From contig CP001848.1 of the NCBI GenBank assembly GCA_000025185.1, positions 1 through 32,000 on the forward strand: a DNA stretch of 32,000 nucleotides. Reading direction: 5' to 3'. Positions within the stretch are counted from its first letter, which is position 1. Every line of letters starts with the position of its first letter. The notes beneath the pieces were generated by a model that was given only the letters and a program-made list of their open reading frames with translations, made no database searches and was not told the DNA's origin. Of the stretch, positions 1 to 8,657 are shown piece after piece. This DNA is from Pirellula staleyi DSM 6068 (lineage in GTDB: Bacteria; Planctomycetota; Planctomycetia; Pirellulales; Pirellulaceae). The position numbers were made by a program, and so were the translations under genes.

Positions 1-32
1 AAGAATTCTTATCCCGACCTTCATCTGGTGGT

Positions 33-60
33 TTGACTTGCGAGCTAGCACGGCTACAAT
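33..60 (+). promoter_or_regulatory. Candidate sigma70-type promoter for dnaA: TTGACT, 16-nt spacer, TACAAT
   Basis: TTGACT at 33-38 and TACAAT at 55-60 with a 16-nt spacer, read directly. The TTG that opens the 637-aa ORF in the track is the first three bases of this -35 hexamer. Confidence 0.45.
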
Positions 61-233
61 CGCCCCACGTTCGACATCGAAGTACGCGACAGACGGTGAC
101 ACCAATGTGTCCCGCGGTTGCATCCCACCCGATGCGTCGACATGCATCCAAATCGGGACATTCTGAAGTCCAGATTTCGAAACCCCTCACCAGTTCAACG
201 GGCAGTACTGCGCGCAGAAGGAATCCAACGGGC

Positions 234-1946
234 GTGAGCAAGGATGAGCGGGAGATCGAGTCGGCTGTGCTGGAAGCACTTGCTGCCAAGATCGGAACAG
301 ATCGATTGACCATGTGGTTCACCGGCGACACGCAATTGGCGTGGACCGGCGAAAAACTGGTCGTCTCGACCGGTGATGAATTCACCGCCAGCCGCATCCG
401 TCGCAACTTCGTCCTCGATCTGCGCGACATCATCACCACCATCGCGGGCCCGCAGGCCAAGGTCGAAATCGAACTCCTCGGTGAATCACCACTCGGGGAA
501 AAAGGTGTTGACGCGCTGCCCCTGTCGCAGGCCCAACCATTGCCTCTCACTGCATCGCCCGCGAGCTTCAGCACGAGAAGCACAGCGCCGAGCATGAGAA
601 GCACGTCGAGCAGTGCTGCCCACGGTTCGCACGCGCTGCGTGTCGCTTCGCCAAGCTTGGCTCGCAGTGATGCGTCGCGCACCAGTGCTCAAGAGACGAT
701 CGAAAAGATCCTCAAGTCGGCCGGCACCTCACGTGCAGCTACGAAGCCTACTACGCATAAGCCAAGCAGCGACAGTTCTACGAGCAGCACCCCAGCCGCC
801 GCGAACATTTCGGCGGAGAGCCATTCGGGCGCAAACAATTCGCCCGATAGCAATCCAGCGGCCAGCAGCGCTGCGGAAACGATTCCTGCCGAGAAACTCC
901 GCTGGACTCGTCGCCCCTTCGCCCGCCTCGATTCGTTCGTCGAAGGGGATGGCAATCGGATCGCCCTTTCGGCCGCCAAATCGGTGCTGCCGCGTCTGGG
1001 TAAAATGTCGCCACTCGTCTTCTCGGGTCCTCCCGGCTGCGGCAAAACCCATCTGCTCGAAGGGATCTGGTCGCACGCCCGGCATCACTCGAGCCTTAAG
1101 CGCGTGGTCTACCTGACCGCCGAACAATTCACCACGCACTTTGTCGAAGCGCTACGTGGCAGCGGACTCCCCAGCTTCCGTAAAAAATATCGCGACGTCG
1201 AACTGCTGCTGATCGACGACATTCAATTCTTCGCCGGCAAGCAGTCGACCCTCACCGAACTCCTCTACACCATCGAAACGCTGCTGCGTGAAGGTCGGCA
1301 ACTCGTGCTGGCCGCAGATCGTCCTTTGAGTCAGCTCCGGATGCTCGGCGCCGATGTGGTGAATCGTCTCGGGGGTGGTTTGGTCTGCACGATCGATCCC
1401 GCCGACTTTGGAACCCGTCGTGGAATCCTCGAGCGTTTGGCGATCGAGCGCAGCGTTGTGGTGCCGAGCGATGTGCTCGACTGGCTTGCCGCTTCGCTCG
1501 AAGGTGACGCGCGACTCCTCTCAGGTGCCATGAACCGGCTCGCGGCCACTGCCGAGATGAGCCAGAAGGCGCTCACGCTCGAGTCGGCTGAAGCGGCTCT
1601 TTCGGATCTGCTCGGCGCGAGCCGCCGCGCGGTGCGGATGAACGATATTGTCGGCGCGGTCTGCAACATGTTTGGGCTCGAGCCCGACAGCCTGCAGTCG
1701 AGCAGCAAGAGCCCCGCGATCAGTCACCCGCGCATGCTTGCCATGTGGCTAGCCCGCAAATACACCCGCGCTGCACTCTCGGAAATCGGCCGCAACTTTG
1801 GCCGTCGCAGCCACACCACCGTCCTCTCGGCCCAGTCGAAAGTGACCCGCTGGCTCGCTGAAGGAAAACGGGTTTCCCTCTCGCACGGCGACTGCACCGT
1901 CGAAGACGCGCTCCGTCGCCTCGAATCGCAGCTCCGCGCCAGCTAA
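234..1946 (+). CDS. dnaA: Chromosomal replication initiator protein DnaA
   Basis: Walker A GPPGCGKTHLLEGI; LLLIDDIQFFAGKQSTLTELLYTIETL (box VII region); C-terminal DNA-binding domain HPRMLAMWLARKYTRAALSEIGRNFGRRSHTTVLSAQSKV. Start is uncertain. GTG 234 (VSKDEREIESAVLEAL...) follows AGGAA about 10 nt upstream and gives a canonical domain I. In-frame ATG 105 is an alternative. TTG 33 is unlikely because it lies in the promoter. Confidence 0.93.
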   Translation: MSKDEREIESAVLEALAAKIGTDRLTMWFTGDTQLAWTGEKLVVSTGDEFTASRIRRNFVLDLRDIITTIAGPQAKVEIELLGESPLGEKGVDALPLSQAQPLPLTASPASFSTRSTAPSMRSTSSSAAHGSHALRVASPSLARSDASRTSAQETIEKILKSAGTSRAATKPTTHKPSSDSSTSSTPAAANISAESHSGANNSPDSNPAASSAAETIPAEKLRWTRRPFARLDSFVEGDGNRIALSAAKSVLPRLGKMSPLVFSGPPGCGKTHLLEGIWSHARHHSSLKRVVYLTAEQFTTHFVEALRGSGLPSFRKKYRDVELLLIDDIQFFAGKQSTLTELLYTIETLLREGRQLVLAADRPLSQLRMLGADVVNRLGGGLVCTIDPADFGTRRGILERLAIERSVVVPSDVLDWLAASLEGDARLLSGAMNRLAATAEMSQKALTLESAEAALSDLLGASRRAVRMNDIVGAVCNMFGLEPDSLQSSSKSPAISHPRMLAMWLARKYTRAALSEIGRNFGRRSHTTVLSAQSKVTRWLAEGKRVSLSHGDCTVEDALRRLESQLRAS

Positions 1947-1958
1947 CACGCGGATTAG

Positions 1959-1981
1959 CACTGGCCAGAGGCCAGTGGCAC
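1959..1981. repeat. Perfect 8-bp hairpin CACTGGCC-aga-GGCCAGTG followed by GCAC, just after the dnaA stop; same motif as the 3' hairpin of the two-hairpin element
   Basis: Palindrome read directly. Related CACTGG..CCAGTGGCACAC motifs occur at 16549-16573 and 26344-26368. Confidence 0.7.
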
Positions 1982-2121
1982 CCGGGCTGCACCTCTGACG
2001 GATCGGAGATAGCGACATGCACTACGCTGGGAAGCATCGCCCTGCGCATGAAAAAGCGTGCTGGCGAAATCGATCTTCACCAGCACGCTTCTAGTAACTC
2101 AGTCGCGCGATCAGTACGGCA

Positions 2122-3750
2122 CTAGCCGAACGGATCAGCCTCTGCTGGCATCGGCATCGGCATCGGTTTGGGGGCGGGAGCTCCGAACGGATCGGCTCCA
2201 CCATCACCAAACGGATCGGGCTCGGCTGGCATGGGCATCGGCTTGGGAGCGGGGGCTCCAAACGGATCGGCCCCACCATCGCCAAACGGATCAACCGCCG
2301 GAGCAGGCTCGGCCCCTGGATCCATTGGCTTGGTCTGCTGACCAGGCGCGTCGGAAGCTTTCTTCTTCGGCGGATCGGCGTCGACGTACAGGTTCGGCCA
2401 GCGTCGATCGGTCTCACGCAAGCACTGCAGCACGCCGCTGGTCGTCCCGACAATGATTCGATCGGTAGCGATGTTCAAAAATCGAAGATCGAGTCCCAGG
2501 CTGCTGATCGTACCGATCCGGCTGCCGCTGTTGGTATCGAGAATCACCAGATTGCCCGACTGATCGACGGCATAGAGCCGTTTTTCATTCCCAGCCAGAT
2601 ACGACTCGATCCCTGTGGCGACCCATTTTTCGACAGGATCGTTCGCCGAAACCGCATACATGTGACCATTGTCAGTCACTACGTACACGGTGTCGCCAAA
2701 CGCCACGGGCGAGTGCGAAATCGGTTCCCCTGTGGTGAAACGCCACAGCACACCGCCACGCTTTTCATCGACGCAGTAGAGATAGCCGTCGAGCGAGGCT
2801 GCAAAGATTTTGCCCGGCTTCAGGAAAGCTGGTGCCGAGCTGATGGCATCCTTGGCTTCCATGCGAAAACGCATTCCAGCGGCGTTCGCGTTGCCGACGT
2901 AGAGGTTTCCTTTATCGGTCGGCCAGGCGACCACTTCATTCGAAACCACCGGCTGCACGAAGGTGTGACCGAACGAGCGATGGACTTGCACCGGGCGGTT
3001 GGGTTCTTTGATGTTGTACTGCTCGACAGCGCCGTTGATCATCGGCACAAACACCATTTCGGCCGAGAGGGCTGGGGCACAGCCCGGCGCACCACCGACA
3101 CGTTTCTGCCACACAATTTCGCCACTGTCGCTCCGCAGGATGTAGAGCGTCGAGCCGTTGATCACCGCCACCACATCGTTGTTGGCGCTCGGCGCGGTGG
3201 TGGGATAGTGCGACAGGCCAACGGTGGTCGACCAGCGTGTCTTGCCGGTATGTCCGTCGATGGCATGCACCACTCCCCGCTCGCCGGTAGCATAGAACGT
3301 GATCTCGGGAAGGATATGCTTGGTCACGACCGGAGGAGCAGCGGTGCTTTTTTCACTCTCCAGACGAGCCACAATTTTGGCGAGCTGTTCGTCGGCTTTT
3401 TTCTGCGCCCCGTCGACACCCACCATCTCGCCAAACGCATTGCGGTCGCGCTCGGAGAATAAGTAGACCTGGCCATCGTCGACGATTTCGAAAATCGTCT
3501 CGCTTTTCGATGTGCTCACATGCTGACGCAGTCCCGCCAAACGCCCTTGAGCGGCGTCGAGATCGATCTGCGTGAACCACATCGTCTCGAGGCCATGTCG
3601 ACGCGTGGTGCTGCTCGGAAGCAGGGCAGAACCTGTTTGAGCCACAGCCGCTGCTGGCGCGATCGCCCCTGACACGAGTGCCCAGGCAATCGCCGAAAAA
3701 ACAACAGGCCTCAGCCGCCATGAATTGATCATCGCGCTATAGTTCCCCAT
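2122..3750 (-). CDS. Secreted PQQ-like (BamB-like) beta-propeller repeat protein with a C-terminal DPFG-repeat tail
   Basis: N-terminal signal-like segment (VVFSAIAWALVSGAIAPAAAVAQ). Repeated propeller-blade motifs (VYVVTDNGHMYAV, LYAVDQSGNLVILD, GYLYCVDEKRGGVLWRF, VHAIDGHTGKTRWS). Start is ambiguous: ATG 3750, ATG 3732 or TTG 3762. Confidence 0.8.
   Translation of the reverse strand: MGNYSAMINSWRLRPVVFSAIAWALVSGAIAPAAAVAQTGSALLPSSTTRRHGLETMWFTQIDLDAAQGRLAGLRQHVSTSKSETIFEIVDDGQVYLFSERDRNAFGEMVGVDGAQKKADEQLAKIVARLESEKSTAAPPVVTKHILPEITFYATGERGVVHAIDGHTGKTRWSTTVGLSHYPTTAPSANNDVVAVINGSTLYILRSDSGEIVWQKRVGGAPGCAPALSAEMVFVPMINGAVEQYNIKEPNRPVQVHRSFGHTFVQPVVSNEVVAWPTDKGNLYVGNANAAGMRFRMEAKDAISSAPAFLKPGKIFAASLDGYLYCVDEKRGGVLWRFTTGEPISHSPVAFGDTVYVVTDNGHMYAVSANDPVEKWVATGIESYLAGNEKRLYAVDQSGNLVILDTNSGSRIGTISSLGLDLRFLNIATDRIIVGTTSGVLQCLRETDRRWPNLYVDADPPKKKASDAPGQQTKPMDPGAEPAPAVDPFGDGGADPFGAPAPKPMPMPAEPDPFGDGGADPFGAPAPKPMPMPMPAEADPFG
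2125..2298 (-). repeat. In-frame coding tandem repeat of about 75 nt encoding DPFGDGGADPFGAPAPKPMPMPAEP (two units plus a partial unit)
   Basis: Protein tail AVDPFGDGGADPFGAPAPKPMPMPAEPDPFGDGGADPFGAPAPKPMPMPMPAEADPFG-stop. The DNA shows the matching near-identical repeat. Confidence 0.85.
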
Positions 3751-4337
3751 GAGGAGCCGCAACTTCCGTCAGAAAAGAGGACGCTCGCCGGTTCGAGAGT
3801 CCGGGACCATCACTCCTCAGAATAGTTCGTGGCCCAGGAAAAATCACCTGAATCTGCCCCCCAAAACGGAAACTTCCCCCAGTTGCTCGCCCCCTCGACC
3901 GCGCTTTGGTCGCTACAATCCCCCGAACCTGAACCACCCCCTAGCGGCATGCTATCCGCCACAAGCGTTCCCTGCGGGACCTTCACTTGCCGTCGATCTT
4001 TCGAGATTGCTGCCAATTTAGGGGAAAATTGCATGGAAATTACCCCGCTCGGGCGATACGTTCTTAATGAGACTGCTTGGGGCAGTAGCCAAAAGGACTA
4101 GTCCACCTTCCCAGGACCAGCGAGCTGAGGGCCCGATTTCGCCTCGTAACGTCAGCGGCTGCGCTTTCGAGCGCATACGCAACTAGGTGATTTCGTCGCT
4201 GCTGCTGCTGCGCTGCCACTAGCCTGCTGACACCCCCGGGTTAGTCACCGCGCCATTCATCTTTTTCTTGCGGCGCGTCGGCGTTTGCTTGGTAATCCCC
4301 TTTTCATTCATCCAAGCTCCTGAGATCGAGGTGTAGC

Positions 4338-5291
4338 ATGTCATCGTCTCCCATCTATTCGACTTCGGCAGCCCGGCGAGGATTTACCCTCGTCGAACTC
4401 CTGGTGGTGATCGCCATCATTGGCGTGCTCGTTGCGCTGCTCCTTCCGGCGGTGCAAAGTGCTCGCGAAGCAGCGCGGCGCATGCAGTGCGCCAACAACC
4501 TCAAGCAGATCGGCATCGGGGTGCACAACCATCACGATGTCACGGGCTACTTGCCCCCCACGCACACCGGCGGCACGTCGGGCAATCACAAGTATGGAAC
4601 GTGGACCATTCATCTGCTGCCGTTCATCGAGCAACAAACGCTCTATCAGCAGTTCGATTTGTCGGTGCAGTTTGATGTCGCTCCGAATCCGGCCGCCGCT
4701 GCTTCTGACGCCGCTTGCTCGCTGAAAGTTTATCAATGCCCTTCGCGTCGCAGTGGCGTGCAGCGCTCTGATGCTGCGCCACAAGTGGGTGGCACCGGTG
4801 ACTACGCCGTCGCTTCGGTCGCTTCTGCCAACTTTCAACATCAGCATCAAAGCTCTGGCGTTTTGTTCGGCGCGATGATCGGCTCGGAACGGGTCGGCAC
4901 CGTCTGGACTGCGCGGAGCCGCTTTGCCGACATCAGCGATGGCCTGTCGAACACCGTGCTGATTGGCGAAAAGCACGTCTTTAAGTCGCACCTCAACAAA
5001 GGGGCTGGCAGCGCGACCCAAAGCGCCGACGGCAATCACTTTTTGTCGGATCAAACAGCGTGGTACGAATGTCACACCGTTCGCAACGCCGCGCATCCGT
5101 TCGGCATCTCCAAAGGCCCCAACGACAACAGCGCCAGCGAACCTTGGAAAATGTTTGGCAGCTGGCATCCCAGCACCTGCCAATTTTTGCTCGGCGATGG
5201 AAGCGTGCGCGGCATTCGCAACACCATCGATGTCACCACCCTGACACGTCTCGGCGATCGCCGCGATGGTGAAGTGCTCGGCGAATTCTAA
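4338..5291 (+). CDS. DUF1559 / H-X9-DG protein with prepilin-type N-terminal cleavage/methylation domain
   Basis: RRGFTLVELLVVIAIIGVLVALLLPAVQSAREAARRMQCANNLKQIGIGVHNHHD is the classic type IV pilin-like N-terminus of this family. C-terminal HPSTCQFLLGDGS matches H-X9-DG. GAGGTG Shine-Dalgarno lies upstream of the ATG. Confidence 0.9.
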   Translation: MSSSPIYSTSAARRGFTLVELLVVIAIIGVLVALLLPAVQSAREAARRMQCANNLKQIGIGVHNHHDVTGYLPPTHTGGTSGNHKYGTWTIHLLPFIEQQTLYQQFDLSVQFDVAPNPAAAASDAACSLKVYQCPSRRSGVQRSDAAPQVGGTGDYAVASVASANFQHQHQSSGVLFGAMIGSERVGTVWTARSRFADISDGLSNTVLIGEKHVFKSHLNKGAGSATQSADGNHFLSDQTAWYECHTVRNAAHPFGISKGPNDNSASEPWKMFGSWHPSTCQFLLGDGSVRGIRNTIDVTTLTRLGDRRDGEVLGEF

Positions 5292-5411
5292 GCCCCGCAA
5301 TCGTCACCCCCGTGCAGCACTCACGCTGCACTGGCACTGGCTGCGCGGACTTCTATAACACGCAGCCCGCTCCCCTCCTCTCTCCCGCGAACCTTCCCAA
5401 ACTCAGCACCT

Positions 5412-5876
5412 ATGAACTTTCTCGACGCTCACCTCTCTCGCGCCTCGCAACCAGCGCTACTGCGCATCGCTCGCAAACTGCAACTCGTCACCTTCGGTCT
5501 AGCAGCGCTCGTGCTCGCTGCTATCGCCACGGGATGCGGCAGTTCCAATGCCCAGGTGCATGGCAAAGTGACTCTCCCCGACGGATCGCCCGCCATTGGC
5601 GTGGTGGTCAGCTTTCAGGAACCGACGCTGCAACTCGGCGCAACCGGGGTGACCGATATGCAAGGCGTGTACAACCTGCATACCGAAAAGCCAGGGGACG
5701 GCGCTCCGCTGGGGAACTACAAAATTGCGGTCTTCCAGCCTGGCCCGGCCGACAGCAGCCAGCCCGATCCGCCGCGCCTGTTTCCCAAACGGTACGAAAA
5801 TCGGGATCAGTCGCAGCTCGCCTTTGAAGTAAAGCCGGGGGATAACGAGTTCAATATCGCACTGGCAGCCCAGTAA
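5412..5876 (+). CDS. Small lipoprotein, carboxypeptidase-regulatory-like fold
   Basis: Lipobox-like LAAIATGCGSS followed by VHGKVTLPDGSPAIGVVVSF. It sits directly downstream of the DUF1559 gene on the same strand. Confidence 0.7.
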   Translation: MNFLDAHLSRASQPALLRIARKLQLVTFGLAALVLAAIATGCGSSNAQVHGKVTLPDGSPAIGVVVSFQEPTLQLGATGVTDMQGVYNLHTEKPGDGAPLGNYKIAVFQPGPADSSQPDPPRLFPKRYENRDQSQLAFEVKPGDNEFNIALAAQ

Positions 5877-6029
5877 CATGGGAGTCCCGACAAGCGGGCG
5901 CCGCTGACGAGTATTTCGTGCGATTCTCGAGGAACTTGGCAGCAGACACGCGCCATCGAGTACAACTAAGAGCATGCGCATCGCCGCGCACGCTTCTTTC
6001 GCTTGCTACTCACATGGGATTCATCGCGC

Positions 6030-6839
6030 ATGCTGCCGATTGGGGACGACAATCACGACCGGACCATTTTTCCCTGGGTCACGGTCACTCTCATCGTCAT
6101 CAACGCACTCGTGTTCATCGGGCTGCAAGGGGCCGGCTCGAACGATCGTTTTACGAACGCCTTTGCCACGGTTCCCCGGGAAATCGCGACAGCCAGCGAC
6201 ATCGTGACGCAAGATCGACAGGTGCAAGTGAGCACCATCGATGGACCAGTCCTGGTTACCGCGCCCGGTCTCGAACGCACACCGATTCCGGTCTACCTGA
6301 CGCTGATCACCGCGATGTTCATGCACGGTAGCTGGGCCCACTTGCTCGGCAACATGTGGTTCCTCTGGATTTTCGGCGACAACATCGAGCAAGACCTGGG
6401 GCGCGTCCGCTACACGATCTTCTACCTGCTGACAGGTCTCTTGGCAGGCCTGGCGCACGTCTTTTCCGATCTGTCGTCGACCATTCCGTGCCTCGGAGCA
6501 TCGGGGGCGATTTCCGGAGTGCTCGGGGCCTATCTGCTGCTGCACTGGCAGCGCCAAGTGCGCGTGCTGGTCGGCTATGTGCAGATGCAAGTCCCCGGCT
6601 TTGTCGCGGTCGGTTTCTGGTTTGTCTTCCAGGTGATCCAGGGGCTGGGGATGCTCGGCGGCGAGAGTGGCGGCGTCGCCTACGGCGCTCACATCGGCGG
6701 CTTTGTCGCCGGCGTCGCCCTGATCTATCCCTTCATGATTGGCCGACCACCGGCCGAGACTCCCACACGCTCGGTCGGCAATTCGTACCAGTCTCCCAAG
6801 CAGTACGATCCCCACTGGGATGCCCGCCACTATCGCTAG
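6030..6839 (+). CDS. Rhomboid family intramembrane serine protease
   Basis: FMHGSWAHLLGNMWFLWIFGDNIE, catalytic GASGAISGVLGAY and AHIGGFVAG motifs, multiple TM segments. ATG 6030 is preferred over TTG 6003. Confidence 0.9.
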   Translation: MLPIGDDNHDRTIFPWVTVTLIVINALVFIGLQGAGSNDRFTNAFATVPREIATASDIVTQDRQVQVSTIDGPVLVTAPGLERTPIPVYLTLITAMFMHGSWAHLLGNMWFLWIFGDNIEQDLGRVRYTIFYLLTGLLAGLAHVFSDLSSTIPCLGASGAISGVLGAYLLLHWQRQVRVLVGYVQMQVPGFVAVGFWFVFQVIQGLGMLGGESGGVAYGAHIGGFVAGVALIYPFMIGRPPAETPTRSVGNSYQSPKQYDPHWDARHYR

Positions 6840-6907
6840 CTGCGCTAGGAAGTGACGAAGCCCAGTCGTTGCGACCTGCTGAGCCTCAGCAGGTGCCAGG
6901 GAGTGCA

Positions 6908-7702
6908 CTATTTGGAAGATCGCTTTTTAGGGCTGCCAGAATGGGAGTTGCCAGAATTCGCGTTTTCCATCGCTGCGCGGGCTGGCACCTTCTCGGCATC
7001 ACACAAAGCGGGAGCTTCGATGAATTTCCAATCGTCCCCTTCGTTCCAGGGACCACGTGCGTCGATCTCTCCTTCCTCCCCTACGCCAGTCGAGTCGTTG
7101 TAAAATTCATCGACAATGCCAGGAGTCGGTGGAATTTTGCCAATCGACAGAGGATCTTTCCCCATGCTGTCGAGCGCTGCCATGAAGGCTTTCATGTGGG
7201 TAATTTCGCGCGTCATCAAAAACTGTAATGCCTCTTTGGTCCCGGCATCGTCGCAGAAATTGATCAGCCGCTCGTACACAATCTTGGCCCGAGCTTCGGC
7301 AGCAATGTTGCTTCGCAAATCGACATCCAGCTCACCGGTCACCTTCAAATAGTCGGCTGTCCAAGCATTTCCCATCGAGTTGCAGAGGGTCACCCCTCCC
7401 CCACCAGCAATCGCAACCAGTGGATCGGCTTCCGCTGCTTCGCGTCCGAGCTTCATCGGCCTCAGATGCAGTCGAGCAAGCGCGCCGACCACCTCCAAGT
7501 GACTCAGCTCCTCGGTTCCGATATCCATCAGCAGATCTTTTCGCTCGGGATCTTCGCAGTTCAGCCCTTGGATCGAGTACTGCATCGCAGCAGCGAGTTC
7601 ACCATTCGCACCACCAAATTGCTCAAGCAGCATGTTCCCAAAACAGGGATCTGGCTGATCGACACGTACCGTAAACATGAGCTTTTTAACGTGATGATAC
7701 AT
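6908..7702 (-). CDS. Manganese catalase family protein
   Basis: N-terminus MYHHVKKLMFTVRVDQPDPCFGNMLLEQFGGANGELAAAMQYSIQG...GTEELSHLEVVG and TREITHMKAF are typical di-Mn catalase / CotJC-like motifs. Confidence 0.9.
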   Translation of the reverse strand: MYHHVKKLMFTVRVDQPDPCFGNMLLEQFGGANGELAAAMQYSIQGLNCEDPERKDLLMDIGTEELSHLEVVGALARLHLRPMKLGREAAEADPLVAIAGGGGVTLCNSMGNAWTADYLKVTGELDVDLRSNIAAEARAKIVYERLINFCDDAGTKEALQFLMTREITHMKAFMAALDSMGKDPLSIGKIPPTPGIVDEFYNDSTGVGEEGEIDARGPWNEGDDWKFIEAPALCDAEKVPARAAMENANSGNSHSGSPKKRSSK

Positions 7703-7780
7703 AGCAAGTATTTTCTAAATGAAGAAGGCAGAGATTTGGGTGATCGACGAGCATTCAATAGAGGCATCAATTAGCTTCAT

Positions 7781-7828
7781 AAACAATCCAAGGGGCTGAG
7801 CTTTGGGGTAGCTCTGCCCCGATTGTTT
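7781..7828 (-). terminator. Long imperfect hairpin (AAACAATC..GGGGC..GAGC / GCTC..GCCCC..GATTGTTT); possible terminator downstream of the BON gene
   Basis: Inverted repeat read directly. Only a short T run follows on the minus strand, so terminator function is uncertain. Confidence 0.3.
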
Positions 7829-7961
7829 GCACGACAACTATTTGACATATCATTCCACAACTACCACCCAGCTGACCTCAATCAGCAGTGGCAAATGGGA
7901 CAATACTTTTTATGTCCAAACGAACTTTCGTACGTTGGCAATGGCAGAAGCTCTCAACGAA

Positions 7962-8360
7962 TTAAGGCTGAACTTCCAGTTGGTTGTCGACATTCTGGGT
8001 ACCGGCAACTTCGTTGGCCAGGCGTCCAATCTTGAGCTTCTCGTCGGCGGTAGCGACAGGTCCACGCAACGTCACATTGCCATCTTTGGTCATAATCTTG
8101 ACGTTTTGGGCGTTGAGAGACATATCCGTCCCCACCACCTGCGAACGAATCTTGGCCGTGATATCGATATCGCTTTGATTTTCCTTCTGATCGAAAGGAG
8201 TCGTCGCTGCGATGCTTCGATCCCGAGCATTGACTGCGGTATTGTCGCGATCAACCACCTGATTGGTGTCGTCGTTGAGCCGATCATTATCGGCCGTGGG
8301 GGTGCTCGTATTACAACCCAGAGCAACGATACAAAGAGCACCTAAAATAAAACGTTTCAT
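7962..8360 (-). CDS. BON domain-containing lipoprotein (OsmY-like)
   Basis: MKRFILGALCIVALGCNTS lipoprotein signal. BON domain DITAKIRSQVVGTDMSLNAQNVKIMTKDGNVTLRGPVATADEKLKIGRLANEVAGTQNVDNQLEV. AGGAA Shine-Dalgarno before ATG 8360. The upstream extension to 8438 is rejected. Confidence 0.85.
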   Translation of the reverse strand: MKRFILGALCIVALGCNTSTPTADNDRLNDDTNQVVDRDNTAVNARDRSIAATTPFDQKENQSDIDITAKIRSQVVGTDMSLNAQNVKIMTKDGNVTLRGPVATADEKLKIGRLANEVAGTQNVDNQLEVQP

Positions 8361-8606
8361 ACCTAAATTCCTTAGTGAGACGGTGATTCCTCTGTCAGGA
8401 GCCACTGACAATGACAGGCCTGACAAACTTCTAAACAATGACTTCTAAGGGCGAGAAGACGTGCTCCTCGCCGACGTTGTGATGGAGGGAATGGACTGTT
8501 TTTGCCTCATATGGGCTGATATATGGTTGAGTGAATATTTACGCTGCAGCTCGCTATTCCATCTTCTACCAAGAGATCACAAGGGACCGCTTCAAGAGCG
8601 CGCACG

Positions 8607-8657
8607 AAAAAACCGATGTGGCAGAAAACCTTGAAAGGTTCTCCACCACATCGGTTT
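8607..8657 (-). terminator. Strong rho-independent terminator on the minus strand
   Basis: Perfect 12-bp outer stem AAACCGATGTGG / CCACATCGGTTT with an extended inner stem (GAAAACCTT / AAGGTTCTC). On the minus strand it runs straight into a T6 tract. Confidence 0.75.

Noticed and set aside
33-233. N-terminal 67-aa extension of DnaA from the TTG at 33.
   Set aside because: The TTG is part of a TTGACT-16-TACAAT promoter-like motif. The extension is basic and low-complexity and resembles no DnaA domain I. GTG 234 has an AGGAA Shine-Dalgarno and gives a canonical N-terminus.
4341-5300. 319-aa ORF exactly antisense to the DUF1559 gene. Similar long antisense ORFs: 6021-6908(-), 12063-13472(+), 14314-15321(-), 15379-16386(-), 20293-21096(+), 21356-22126(-), 24231-25349(+), 26370-27269(-), 27110-27961(+), 30512-31732(+).
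   Set aside because: Each mirrors a gene that has strong family motifs on the other strand. Their translations are Arg/Gly/Ala/Pro-rich with no motifs. This is the expected stop-codon-poor shadow frame of GC-rich coding DNA.
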